Of a stretch of DNA of 51,890 nucleotides, positions 25,983 through 35,628 are shown piece by piece. Each line of letters starts with the position of its first letter. Position 1 is the first letter of the stretch. Under the pieces are notes generated by a model, which worked only from the letters and a program-made list of their open reading frames with translations, did no database searches and was not told the DNA's origin. A program made the position numbers and the translations under genes. The stretch is taken from the IMG/VR virus record IMGVR_UViG_3300010413_000050, positions 1-51,890 of that record. The stretch is one strand, 5' to 3'. This DNA comes from a virus. Its lineage: Duplodnaviria; Caudoviricetes.

Positions 25983-27469
25983 GCCACCGTCACATCGATG
26001 TCAAGAGAGCTGAACGTGGCCAGCTCCCGAGTTGCAATCGCAATGTTCACCGTTCCTGTCGGCGGGTCGGTGTCGTCGATCTTGAACACCGTCACGTCGA
26101 TAACCCCGGCGATATCGAGCGGAATCGCCTTGAAGACCAGGGCGATGACATCTTGACCCGAAAGCAGCGAGTCGCCGTAGGCCACAAGCGCCGCCTTGAT
26201 TTGTTCCGACCCATCGCTCGGGAACAAGTCCGAATCGGTATCGACCGTCAAGTCGATGTAGATTGGGATGGGCGTCGGCTTGCTCCACTTGATTGTGTGG
26301 TCGATGCCCTGCGTATCTGTGACCGTGTCCGACTCGGAGCCATAGGTCTCGATCCCCGCGGGCTTGTTCTCCCAAATCGTCTCGGCGACCTCCTGCTCCT
26401 GTGCAGCCGTCCAGCTCACGCGCTGAACCACGCACTCGAAAGAGTGCGGAGGAAGGCCGTCGCCGTCGGTGACGTCCGTCGTGTTCTCCAGCACCGTCAC
26501 CTGAAGCACGCCGTCGATTTCAAGAAGGTTAGCTCGAATCGCCTCTACCGTCGACGACCCCGCCGCTTGAAGCAGAGATTCGCGACGAGCGCGAAGCTCC
26601 TCGTCGGTTTCCAGGTTGGTCCCGACGACCGCGTCCGCCGTGTTGAACCCCTTCACCTCGGTCGTCGAAAAACCAAGCGCACCGTTCGCCGTGCCGCCAG
26701 TCACCTCGATAGCAGAACCCGTGCCCTCGGTATCTGACTTCAGCCGCACGTAACCGTTTTGATCGGAAGCCGTCAGCCCGGTGATGTCTGCGGCGATAAC
26801 CGTCGCGACCTCCGCCGCCGTGGCGTTGTTGATGTCGACAAAATCCCCGGTGTTGAACGTCGCGGTCTGCACCGCGCCCTGGTCGACCTTTATCGTCAGC
26901 GTCCATCCGTCGGTGAGGTTGTAGGTCTCCGCGTTGCCCGAAGTCAGTTGAGCCGCCGCGCTCCACCCGGATACCGGAGTTTGAATCGTGTCTATCGTTC
27001 CCGCGAGGCCGACGATCTCGCCGTTGTCCTCGGACTCGGCATCGACCGATAGCGTCGCATTGTAGCCGAGAGAATTGGTCAAAGCGGTCTTGGTGACGAA
27101 CCGCGCGCCCTCGCTGCCTACCGAGACCACCGAGCCCGCAGGCACGGTCACCCCTGAGTCGAGGAACATCTGGTCGAGGGTCACGGTGGACGGCGTCGCC
27201 GCCAAACGATAGACGCCCGTGAGCGCGCAGATGTTGTCGAGCGCGTCGCCACTTGCCGAGTCGGGCTGAAATGCACGATACACCGCTTCGGCGACATCCC
27301 AAAGCTCGCGGAGCTTGTCTCCGATGACTCCGGTGATCTGCCCGAAGACGTTGGTCGCGAGGAAGCTCAGTGTCGGAGAGATCGAATCGCGCAAAGCGGT
27401 CTCTATCTCCGACTTGATGACGGTGAGCGTCTTCTTTACGAAACCCGTTGTGTCCACGCCGTAGGTCAT
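25979..27469 (-). CDS. Baseplate J/gp47-like wedge protein with internal insertion
   Basis: SASGDALD, ETDEELRARR, LPPHSFECVV, KPAGIETYG. Confidence 0.9.
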   Translation of the reverse strand: MTYGVDTTGFVKKTLTVIKSEIETALRDSISPTLSFLATNVFGQITGVIGDKLRELWDVAEAVYRAFQPDSASGDALDNICALTGVYRLAATPSTVTLDQMFLDSGVTVPAGSVVSVGSEGARFVTKTALTNSLGYNATLSVDAESEDNGEIVGLAGTIDTIQTPVSGWSAAAQLTSGNAETYNLTDGWTLTIKVDQGAVQTATFNTGDFVDINNATAAEVATVIAADITGLTASDQNGYVRLKSDTEGTGSAIEVTGGTANGALGFSTTEVKGFNTADAVVGTNLETDEELRARRESLLQAAGSSTVEAIRANLLEIDGVLQVTVLENTTDVTDGDGLPPHSFECVVQRVSWTAAQEQEVAETIWENKPAGIETYGSESDTVTDTQGIDHTIKWSKPTPIPIYIDLTVDTDSDLFPSDGSEQIKAALVAYGDSLLSGQDVIALVFKAIPLDIAGVIDVTVFKIDDTDPPTGTVNIAIATRELATFSSLDIDVTVA

Positions 27470-27819
27470 AGGATGAACTCCTCGTTGTACTCTATCACGC
27501 CGTCGTCACAAGTACCACGAAATGAAACGGACAATAGCCGCGTGGTCCCGTCAAAATCGATATTCATGTCCTCGATCGAGAGCATCCCCGGGACCTTGAT
27601 GATTGCCTCGCGGTAGAGCTGCTCAAGCTCAGCGAGCCGCGGCTTCTGTCCGAGCACGCGGTCGAAATATGGAACCCCAACACGGGTGTCGAGGAACCAT
27701 TCGCCCTGAAACGTCTTCAGCGACGTGGTGACGTGCTGCGCCACGGCGTCAACGCCATCGACAAGCACGAGGTCGTCATTCTCTATCGCGAGGTCGCCGC
27801 CTGTCAGTTTCAAATCCAT
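27466..27819 (-). CDS. Baseplate wedge / sheath initiator
   Basis: LKTFQGEWFLDTRVGVPY motif. Confidence 0.85.
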   Translation of the reverse strand: MDLKLTGGDLAIENDDLVLVDGVDAVAQHVTTSLKTFQGEWFLDTRVGVPYFDRVLGQKPRLAELEQLYREAIIKVPGMLSIEDMNIDFDGTTRLLSVSFRGTCDDGVIEYNEEFIL

Positions 27820-28503
27820 CTAGTCCGCCTTCAAATTGGTCGACTGTATCGTCGCCGCTACCCACGGCACTGTCGGAGTCGTAGTCGGACTACCCGGCGC
27901 CGCTGAAGTGTGGACGTGGGTATTGAACGCCGTGACCAGAAGATTCGCCATGGCCACAAACCCGCCGACCGCCGCGATGGCGCCCTTCGTCACTATCTCC
28001 ACCGTCGAAGTCTTCGCACGCACCTGCGCCCCCTTCTCCTTTCCGAACACCGCCGCGCCCGAGAGAATCTCTTTCAACGCGCTGGGCACGGTCGCGAGAC
28101 CGGGTATCGCAATCGCATCGCTCAAGTCATGCTTGCGAAAGTCTTTCGGATTCGTGTCGACCTTTCCGGTCGTGAGGTTCCACTCGTCGATCGACCTCTC
28201 GCAAATGAGCAGAAGCACAGTGTCGCCGACGGCGAGCGGAAGGTGCATGAAAAAGCCACCGGCCCTTGGCCAAAGCACCGGGACTTCTGGAATCACCGGA
28301 AGCACGTCGACGCCCTCGCTACCATCGTCGTTGATGTACGGGAGCTGAACGGTCGGCTTCACGTCGGCGCGCTGAGTTCCGGCGTTGTACTTCACCACGA
28401 GGCCCGGAAGCGCGACGTGTGTGTCGGCGAGACCCTGATCGACTGCCGCCTTGAGAAGCTCGGCAATGGTCGGGCTTCGCGTTTGTCCTAAACGCCCCGT
28501 CAT
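27820..28503 (-). CDS. Baseplate central spike (Gp138-like)
   Basis: HVALPG..VPVLWPRAGG..GDTVLL..HDLSDA..HVH metal-binding tip. Confidence 0.85.
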   Translation of the reverse strand: MTGRLGQTRSPTIAELLKAAVDQGLADTHVALPGLVVKYNAGTQRADVKPTVQLPYINDDGSEGVDVLPVIPEVPVLWPRAGGFFMHLPLAVGDTVLLLICERSIDEWNLTTGKVDTNPKDFRKHDLSDAIAIPGLATVPSALKEILSGAAVFGKEKGAQVRAKTSTVEIVTKGAIAAVGGFVAMANLLVTAFNTHVHTSAAPGSPTTTPTVPWVAATIQSTNLKAD

Positions 28504-29360
28504 ATCGTCGCCGCCTTCCCCTCGAACTCGGTATACCAGTCCGTTCCCCAAGTGTCGCCGACATATTGCGTCCGCCCGACCTTGAACGTGCCGCTCTTGT
28601 CCGCCTGCTGCGACACGATCCACACCCGACGGCCTGGCCGAATCGCGCCCTGCAGCAAAGAGCGCGCCGTGATGCTTCCCTTCTCGCCCTTTTCCGGTGC
28701 GCCGATGAGTCCGGTGAACTCGTTCAACGTGACCAGCTCCTCAACCGTCGTCTCGTCTGGAGCGAGAACCTGAAGCTGTCCGTCTTGAATTGACCAAGTG
28801 TAACCGGCCGCCGTGACATACTTGTCGAGAATGTCGGCGATGCGCCCGTTCACAACGACCCCGGTCTTGAACGCCGTCAGCCCGCGACGAGGTGCAGCAA
28901 ACTTCACCGCGCTATTCCCAAGCCCGAGGCCAAGCCTCGCGGCGCATGCCTGCAGAAGAGAGAACAAAGTCGTACCTGGACCGAACGCCAAGCTCATTCG
29001 ACGCGATCCGAACTCAAACTGACCATCACGAGCTTCGAACACCGTAACCCAATCGGCACCCTCACGCCGACTGTCTGCCCACTCCAGAGAGCCAAAGAAC
29101 AAACGATCCTTTCGATTGAGATATCCCGCATCGATGGACACCGGCAGACCCTTGACCTGTATCGCTTTCCGCTTCTGCTTCGAGAGGTTGTAGATTTCAA
29201 TCGAGGCGGAGTTCGGAGTTCGATCTTCTGTTTTCTCGATAGAGAACCGAGTTCGTAGAACCGGAGTCGGCGTGCCGACCGGTTTCTCAAGCCGGGAAGG
29301 AATCACGATCGAACCGACCATCAGGCGGCAGTCTCGATCAAATAACGGGCGCACGGTCAT
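28500..29360 (-). CDS. Baseplate hub protein
   Basis: FSIEK..NSASIEIYNLS..AGY..WSIQDG..GLIGAP..GDTWGTDWYT. Confidence 0.85.
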   Translation of the reverse strand: MTVRPLFDRDCRLMVGSIVIPSRLEKPVGTPTPVLRTRFSIEKTEDRTPNSASIEIYNLSKQKRKAIQVKGLPVSIDAGYLNRKDRLFFGSLEWADSRREGADWVTVFEARDGQFEFGSRRMSLAFGPGTTLFSLLQACAARLGLGLGNSAVKFAAPRRGLTAFKTGVVVNGRIADILDKYVTAAGYTWSIQDGQLQVLAPDETTVEELVTLNEFTGLIGAPEKGEKGSITARSLLQGAIRPGRRVWIVSQQADKSGTFKVGRTQYVGDTWGTDWYTEFEGKAATI

Positions 29361-29701
29361 GACAGCGCCCCTATATCTGCCACCGGAGCGTAACCCATCA
29401 CAACGTCCTCGCCGAGCTCGTCGAGCCCGGGGTCCGATGGCACGTCGCGCGTATCGAGAAACAGGATCTCTCCGAGCGGCCGGTCCTCCGAACGGTCGAG
29501 ACGAATGGTCGGCCAGTTGATAACGACCTTTAGGCCGGACCGAATGCGGTTGCCTGCCGTGTCGAACAAATTCATATACCAAAAGCCCTCGCGGGAGTTG
29601 AACTGAAACGAGCACTGAAAGTCCGTGCCGTCGAGTTCGACAACGAAATAGAACGCTCCCAAGGTTCCCGCGTCGGTTATGGGTATGATTTCGGTCGTCA
29701 T
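29357..29701 (-). CDS. Baseplate plug-like protein
   Basis: ELDG..FNSREGFWYMNL..G.KVV; position in the module. Confidence 0.75.
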   Translation of the reverse strand: MTTEIIPITDAGTLGAFYFVVELDGTDFQCSFQFNSREGFWYMNLFDTAGNRIRSGLKVVINWPTIRLDRSEDRPLGEILFLDTRDVPSDPGLDELGEDVVMGYAPVADIGALS

Positions 29702-30337
29702 CTACGCACCAAATAAACTCCCGGCTAGACTGGAGAGGAGAGAACCGGTCTTCGCGTCCTGCGCACTGCTCGCCGCGTCCTTGCTTTTCTTGCCTGCGTT
29801 CTGCGCCTTCTGCTGCGCCTTGTCCACCGGAACCGGAACGTCTTGGCTCAACGACAACGCGAACTGAACCTCGCGCATCGAAATGGTGCAGTCGAGGACG
29901 TTGCCCGTCGCCGCCTCCCGCCGAACAGCGATTGTCTCAATGGCCATGTTGGTATAGGTACGAAGCGATGTCTTCACCTGACAAAGCGCTTTGTTGCGCT
30001 GAATACTTCGAAGCGCCTCGTATGCTGCCGTGACTCTATCCGAGCTCGGCGTCTTGGCTCCGACAACGGGGCTGTTCGCCGGAGCTAACGCTTGCAGGCT
30101 CGCCGCAAAAATGATCGGGGTGTTCGTCACTATCTCGCTAATCTCGATGGCGTCCGGAAGCTGGCGGATATGGTCAGTGATACCGATGCCGGTCTCGACG
30201 GGATGACTCACGACCTCGGCCGAGTCGGTGTGCGTCTCGCCCACGCTCGCATCAAACCGCACACCAAGCGGAACGGCAGGAGGAAGAGTAGTTATCTCGA
30301 CCTGCTGCTTTCGAAATATGAGATCCGTCAAGCCCAT
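29702..30337 (-). CDS. Dit-like tail tube initiator
   Basis: FDASVGETH..HPVETG..ITDHI..TSLRTYTNM. Confidence 0.8.
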   Translation of the reverse strand: MGLTDLIFRKQQVEITTLPPAVPLGVRFDASVGETHTDSAEVVSHPVETGIGITDHIRQLPDAIEISEIVTNTPIIFAASLQALAPANSPVVGAKTPSSDRVTAAYEALRSIQRNKALCQVKTSLRTYTNMAIETIAVRREAATGNVLDCTISMREVQFALSLSQDVPVPVDKAQQKAQNAGKKSKDAASSAQDAKTGSLLSSLAGSLFGA

Positions 30338-30341
30338 TGAG

Positions 30342-32087
30342 CTACCCTATCGGAATCGGCGACTTGTTTGTGAATGCGCCCATCGCGTCTCGGTTCACTT
30401 TGTCCATCTGCTTCTTCACTTGGCGTCCAACCTCGGCCGCGAGCTGCCCTTCGTTCATGCCCGGCCCGGCGTTCACGCTCACATCGATATTCGTGCTCTG
30501 TGTTACTGAAGGAGAACCGCCAGGCCCGACAGTCACGACGCCGCCCTGTGCCTGCGCAGCTTGCGCCGCTCCGACCAGGGCGCCGATGTTGGGCATCTGT
30601 AAAATCTTTCCTCCTGCCGTTGGCAGCTTTTCGGTCAGCCCAAATACGCGATTGATCGCGTTCTCCACAGGTGTAATGAAGTTGTCGACTATCCAGTTTT
30701 TGATACCCGTCAACTTCTCGACAAATTGCTCCTTCCATTTTTCCATGCCGGCAGCCACTAAGATCGTAAACGTCTCCCATCCTGTCGACCACCATTCCTT
30801 CATCTTAGCAACGGCATCCTGAACTACGTACGCGACTTCAAACCATAGCTTTTCCCATACAGGGAGAGTATCTTCCCCGGCCGCCTCTAGGTCGGACAAG
30901 AATAAAGCGAGCCCTTCGCGAGCCGCTTGGATGTACCCGGTGATATCTATTCCGGTCATGTCCTCCAAAGCGCTTATGAAATTACCAATCACGCTGGGAG
31001 CGCCATCGAGATAGGCCATCAGGTCCTCTACGATTAGCAATACCAAACCGATTAGAATGGCCCATTTTCCCCAAGCGCCCGCTCGAAGAAGTTTGATAAT
31101 CCCATATAGAGCAACACCGACAGCGGCCCAATTTTTGATGAAAGAAGGAAGTCTGAAAACCAAACTCGCAATAACTCCAATCAGCTTGCCGAAGAACCCG
31201 ACTATTCTCGAAATGAAAATCCCGGCCTTCTCGAAGCTCGATCGGACTCCGAGCATCCCCTTCACCATTTTCTCCAATGAAGGAAGAATTCTCAATCCGA
31301 TGGTCGTCATGATATCGCGGAACATTGCGCCAAGCGCCTTGGTCGCATTGGCCCATCCGCCGGCCGTCTTCGCCGCGTCGCCCTGCGCGGCGGAAGTGGC
31401 TTCCATAATATATCCGTATCGAAGCGCCGTCTTCTCGGCGTTCGTCATCTTCTGAATGCTTTTCGTTATTCCCTGAGAGTGGGCGTACTGCTTCAGCGTG
31501 GCTTCGTTTAGAACGACACCGAATCGCTTCAGAGGCTCGGCCTCGCCAGTGATTCCAGAGCGCAGCGCCATGAGCACGTCGGGTTCGGCCGCGTTGAAAA
31601 AACTACCGAGGTCGACGACGAGCTGTCCAAGGCCCATCGACATCTTCGCCGATGCCTCGGCGTTACCGTCCATCATGGGCGTGAGCACCGCTCCGAGCGT
31701 CGCAGCATTTTCGCGCATCGCGAACTCGGACCGCCCGGCTTCTTTCGCGAACGAAGCCGCCCAATCTTTCACCGCCGATTGGTTCTCCTTGAAAGCAGCG
31801 TCTAAGACGTTTAGAGTTTCGTTCGCATCGCTCGCGAAAGAAACCATGTCTTTAATTCCTTCGATTACTTTGAACGCGGCGAAGAAGCCTATCATCGAAG
31901 TCGCTAGATTTTTCCAACTTTTAGCGACCTCGCCAAAAATATTTTTGAGAACTGACACGCGCTGACCAGTCCTTTGCACGCCGGCCTCTACGGCACCGGT
32001 CAGCTTGGTCATGTTCCCTTCGGCTTTTTTGAAGCTTCCAGAGTCGGGCTTGATGCCCAATAATGCGACTAGCTCACGAACGACCAT
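30342..32087 (-). CDS. Tape measure protein (581 aa)
   Basis: MVVRELVALLG start; GEAEPLKRFGV motif; hydrophobic central helices; follows the chaperones. Confidence 0.9.
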   Translation of the reverse strand: MVVRELVALLGIKPDSGSFKKAEGNMTKLTGAVEAGVQRTGQRVSVLKNIFGEVAKSWKNLATSMIGFFAAFKVIEGIKDMVSFASDANETLNVLDAAFKENQSAVKDWAASFAKEAGRSEFAMRENAATLGAVLTPMMDGNAEASAKMSMGLGQLVVDLGSFFNAAEPDVLMALRSGITGEAEPLKRFGVVLNEATLKQYAHSQGITKSIQKMTNAEKTALRYGYIMEATSAAQGDAAKTAGGWANATKALGAMFRDIMTTIGLRILPSLEKMVKGMLGVRSSFEKAGIFISRIVGFFGKLIGVIASLVFRLPSFIKNWAAVGVALYGIIKLLRAGAWGKWAILIGLVLLIVEDLMAYLDGAPSVIGNFISALEDMTGIDITGYIQAAREGLALFLSDLEAAGEDTLPVWEKLWFEVAYVVQDAVAKMKEWWSTGWETFTILVAAGMEKWKEQFVEKLTGIKNWIVDNFITPVENAINRVFGLTEKLPTAGGKILQMPNIGALVGAAQAAQAQGGVVTVGPGGSPSVTQSTNIDVSVNAGPGMNEGQLAAEVGRQVKKQMDKVNRDAMGAFTNKSPIPIG

Positions 32088-32319
32088 GCGACTCCATCGC
32101 CTTTCTCTCCGCCTCTTCTCTCAAATCGAGCGCGGCGTTCGCGTCGAAGACGTCGTTCAAATCATAGTAGGTCCCTATCTCTCGCAACGTCGCGACGCGC
32201 TCGACGACGAGCCGCCACACAAGCCAGTCTATGTGCTCGGGGACAGGGACTCCAGTCCCGTCACTGCTCCGGCGCCTCGCTCTAGAATCCCTGTCAGCAA
32301 GGCGCCCACCGATTTTCCC
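32074..32319 (-). CDS. Tail assembly chaperone, -1 frameshift extension (gpT-like)
   Basis: Frame entered by -1 slip at G GGA AAA; ATLREIGTYYDLNDVFDANAALD. Confidence 0.7.
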   Translation of the reverse strand, partial: GKIGGRLADRDSRARRRSSDGTGVPVPEHIDWLVWRLVVERVATLREIGTYYDLNDVFDANAALDLREEAERKAMESHGRS

Positions 32320-32714
32320 CACTGCACCTTCATTCCCCACGCGAGCCACTGGTACATCTCCTCGAGCCTGCCGAGGAAGTGCGCGTCGAACTGCCCTCGA
32401 TCGAGCTTGCCGGAGCCCTCGACGATAGTGACTTCCTTAAGCGCTCGAATCACGTCGTCGAGCACCTTCTCGTCGAGCTCCCCGAACAGAGCCGCCGCGG
32501 CCTTGGTGAAGAACTCCGTCGGCACCTCCTGCTCGAGCGCGTCCTTCCCTCCGGTCTTGGCCGCCGAGAAGAACGTATCAAACACCGGGCCGAGAGCCGG
32601 CCCGACCATCTTGATGACCCGAAGAAAAAGCTTGTGACTCTGCATCGGCGGGAGCATGTGCATCGTGTACTCGTGCTCTCCGATCGTCGTCTTGTGCGGC
32701 TCAACCTGTGACAC
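32229..32714 (-). CDS. Tail assembly chaperone (gpG-like)
   Basis: Between tube and tape measure; FDAHFLGRL motif. Confidence 0.8.
   Translation of the reverse strand: MSQVEPHKTTIGEHEYTMHMLPPMQSHKLFLRVIKMVGPALGPVFDTFFSAAKTGGKDALEQEVPTEFFTKAAAALFGELDEKVLDDVIRALKEVTIVEGSGKLDRGQFDAHFLGRLEEMYQWLAWGMKVQWGKSVGALLTGILERGAGAVTGLESLSPST
32313..32319 (-). promoter_or_regulatory. Programmed -1 frameshift slippery heptamer GGGAAAA
   Basis: In-frame X XXY YYZ; the -1 frame stays open to 32074. Confidence 0.75.
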
Positions 32715-33157
32715 TAGCTACCTCCGATGAACGGAATCGCGTGGTTCGTTCTGAAGACCCACTCTCTGTTCGCGTCGGGCGCACGGTTGAACCCGGTCGC
32801 CGGTGGCTTCTGAATCCACGCCTTCTCCGCCGTCTGCAACGTCCGGCCGTTGTTGTCCTTCAGGAGCATCGGCTGAACCCCATCGCCGTTCGGCGAGAGA
32901 ATGTCGAGGGCGTGAATCGCCGAAAGCAGGTCGTTCGTCACGCTCGTCTGCATCAACAGCGCCGTGATCGTCGCGGAGTTGTTGTTCGACTTCCCGCGCG
33001 CGGCCTCGCCATCGACGCCCATGACGAGGCTGAAGAAGTCCTCGTCGTACTCCCAGTTGATGAACGTACCTTCCGCGAAGCCTCCGAGAATGATCGGACC
33101 GAAGGTCAGAATCACTTCGTCGGGAGCGTACGGGAAAAGCCTGTTGTTTACGGTCAT
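32714..33157 (-). CDS. Tail tube protein (DUF3277-like)
   Basis: Y.PDEV..GFAEGTFI..GVDGE..LMQTS..AWIQKPP..REWVF. Confidence 0.85.
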   Translation of the reverse strand: MTVNNRLFPYAPDEVILTFGPIILGGFAEGTFINWEYDEDFFSLVMGVDGEAARGKSNNNSATITALLMQTSVTNDLLSAIHALDILSPNGDGVQPMLLKDNNGRTLQTAEKAWIQKPPATGFNRAPDANREWVFRTNHAIPFIGGS

Positions 33158-33168
33158 GACTTACCTCC

Positions 33169-34656
33169 TTAGACCGACACTACGCCGGAGACTGCGACCG
33201 TATGGATGGCTCCCGCGAGCGTCGCCGTGAACTCGACGTCGGGCAGGAGGCGATTCGCCTTGTCCGCCGCGGGCACGTCCGCGACCTTCGGCACCGTCAC
33301 CGTAGGCTCGGGGTCGGCCGCGTAAAGGTCGTTCCCTACGCCCTCCATGAGCACCGCTTTCACGGTGCCCTGAATTACCGACGCGCCCTTGTCTGTGTAC
33401 GGGATCTTCTTGGCGTTCGCGAGTACCGAGAAAATGTTCTCCTGCATCCGGACCTTCGTCCAGTCGATGCCCCGGACCACGTCGATCCACTCGTTATCGG
33501 ACACCTTCCCGTCTTGCGTGATCGAGATGCCGGCGAGTCGGTTGTAGAAGTTGCACTTCTTCGCGCGCAGGTAACCTATCTGCGTCTCGCTCAGCTCGGA
33601 GTACGTGACGCCCGCGAGCGTCTTGTACTTCCAAGTGATCGAGCCCGGGTCCTGCGGCAGTCCGTACCCGGCCCACGCGGCGCCCGCATACTGGTCTTGT
33701 CTCGGGTGCCACATGAGAGCCGTTCGCCCGTAGCTCGCCGCGTTCAGCGCCGAGGCCAAGTCGCTGCTCCCGCTCTCGATGATGTCGACGTCCGGCGAGG
33801 TTGGGAAATAGATCTTCGTCTGCGCTTCGGCCCATGCCGACGCGGCCTGAATCACCGCCTTGCCTTGGTTCGTGGTGACCAAGCCGTACCAGTCGTCATT
33901 CTCGATTTGAATCGCGGCTAGATCCTCGGCGATGCCGCTCGGCGAACCGTTCGGCGTGATGTCGTTCAGACCGAGGTAGTTGAAGAACTCCGCGTAGAGC
34001 CTGAACTGGTCGGCAATGGCGTCCGACTCGACATCGACATAGGAGGTTCCGTCCGTCGCCGTGACGTTCTGGTCCGCGCCGACGTAGTCCCACGTACAGG
34101 TGTTGTCAACGATCCCTGTACCAGTGCCCGTCGGACCGCCCGAACCCGCCGAGGTGCCAGCCGTCGTGCATATATACACCTTCACCGGACCGCTGTCGTT
34201 CGTGACGTAGCCGCCTACGGCGTAGCTCGTCGACGCCTGCCAAGCGGCTGGCTCGAGCGCGGCCGTCAGACCCGCCGTGATCTCGGCGACGGTCGGCGTG
34301 TCGTCGGTCGTGTAGTACCTCGCCTGTCCGTTGAGGTACGTCTTGTAGACCGTCGACGCCAACGGCGAAGCGTGTGGCGTGATCCGTATCTTCTGCTTTT
34401 GCGTGTTCGCGCACCTGCCGACGTAGACTCGCGTCGGGCTGGGGTCTTGCGCGAAGCACGCCGCGGCCGCGAGGTAGACGAGGTCCGTTGTTAAGAACCC
34501 GTCGGCGACCATCGCCGCGAGCGAAGCGTACTGTCTCACGCGCTCGGGAAAAACTGTCGTGTACCCTGCAACCAACGGATACCCGAACCCCGCGCGCGTG
34601 GGGGTCTTCGTTCCGGTCGTGATTTCGATGGTTGCGACGTCATCCAAAACGGACAT
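33169..34656 (-). CDS. Tail sheath protein (DUF3383-like) with CBM-like insertion
   Basis: PGSITWKYKTLAGV, WIDVVRGIDW, KIPYTDKG, LAGAIH. Confidence 0.9.
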   Translation of the reverse strand: MSVLDDVATIEITTGTKTPTRAGFGYPLVAGYTTVFPERVRQYASLAAMVADGFLTTDLVYLAAAACFAQDPSPTRVYVGRCANTQKQKIRITPHASPLASTVYKTYLNGQARYYTTDDTPTVAEITAGLTAALEPAAWQASTSYAVGGYVTNDSGPVKVYICTTAGTSAGSGGPTGTGTGIVDNTCTWDYVGADQNVTATDGTSYVDVESDAIADQFRLYAEFFNYLGLNDITPNGSPSGIAEDLAAIQIENDDWYGLVTTNQGKAVIQAASAWAEAQTKIYFPTSPDVDIIESGSSDLASALNAASYGRTALMWHPRQDQYAGAAWAGYGLPQDPGSITWKYKTLAGVTYSELSETQIGYLRAKKCNFYNRLAGISITQDGKVSDNEWIDVVRGIDWTKVRMQENIFSVLANAKKIPYTDKGASVIQGTVKAVLMEGVGNDLYAADPEPTVTVPKVADVPAADKANRLLPDVEFTATLAGAIHTVAVSGVVSV

Positions 34657-34669
34657 TTCGAAACCTCCT

Positions 34670-35245
34670 TTATGACAGGTCGCCGATTATCTCGTCGACT
34701 CCAAGCGCGGTCGACTCGACCGCGACCTTCTTGATGTATCCGACGAACTCGCTCACGTTCATCACGCAATTGAATTCGACATCCATCCCGGCGCGCGATA
34801 CGAACCGCTCGTTCGTAAGCGCGGAAATATCAGTAACCGGGTTCGACCTAATTACTGATATTTCCGCCGCCTTGAACAACGCCTGTTGCGACGGCAAAAA
34901 AAGCGCCACTCGGGCTTTGTTCAAATACGACCTCGCGTTGCCCTCTGGCTTGTTCAGGTCCTCGCCCTCGACATACGCCTGACAAGAAACCGTCATCAAG
35001 CACGGTGCGCAAACGGTCTGTTCAACTTCGTACCCGGACCCACGGCCGAGCTGCGTATCGTCGCGAAGCTCGAACGCCTCGGGAATCGGATTGGGTCCAG
35101 ATGTGATGAGCAACGACCCGAATGGATAAGACGGCTGTGGAACGCTCTGCCTTCGCCAAATCGTCTCGAGTCCTGTCGCGTCGGCGAACCACTGATGGAT
35201 CGCGTTCTCGATCGTCTCCATGTCTATCGGCGACTCGATACTCAT
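34670..35245 (-). CDS. Neck / tail terminator protein
   Basis: Directly before the sheath; PQPSYPF..RAGMDVEF. Confidence 0.75.
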   Translation of the reverse strand: MSIESPIDMETIENAIHQWFADATGLETIWRRQSVPQPSYPFGSLLITSGPNPIPEAFELRDDTQLGRGSGYEVEQTVCAPCLMTVSCQAYVEGEDLNKPEGNARSYLNKARVALFLPSQQALFKAAEISVIRSNPVTDISALTNERFVSRAGMDVEFNCVMNVSEFVGYIKKVAVESTALGVDEIIGDLS

Positions 35246-35628
35246 TGCCCTACCTTCACGGCCAGCACTTTGTAGTAGTTGCCAACCTCGCCCCAATTCG
35301 TAACCGAGTGGACCTCGTAGTCGACGTCCTCCCAAACTACGACGTCGGGTTGCTGCGACTCGCTCACGCTCGCGGTGAGAAGCTCTGTCTGCGTATAGAG
35401 CCTGATGTTCTCCCGCGTCCTTCGGTCCTCGTCGACGTCCTCCAGGTCCTTCGGCGTCGCGGGCTGAACGGAAGCCGAGATGGCGAGGTCGACGGACTGA
35501 CGAGTCTGCCAGCGCCCGTGGTCGTCATAGGCTCCGGACAGCGGGCGCCGAACGACGATCGCCGAGACCATCCCGTCAGGGGGTAAACAGGCGAACGCTC
35601 GCCCGAGGCATTTTTCCAACAGCGTCAC
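35242..35628 (-). CDS. Head closure / head-tail joining protein
   Basis: ASVQP..DL..R..IRLYT..PDVVVW..YEV..YYK. Confidence 0.75.
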   Translation of the reverse strand: MTLLEKCLGRAFACLPPDGMVSAIVVRRPLSGAYDDHGRWQTRQSVDLAISASVQPATPKDLEDVDEDRRTRENIRLYTQTELLTASVSESQQPDVVVWEDVDYEVHSVTNWGEVGNYYKVLAVKVGQ

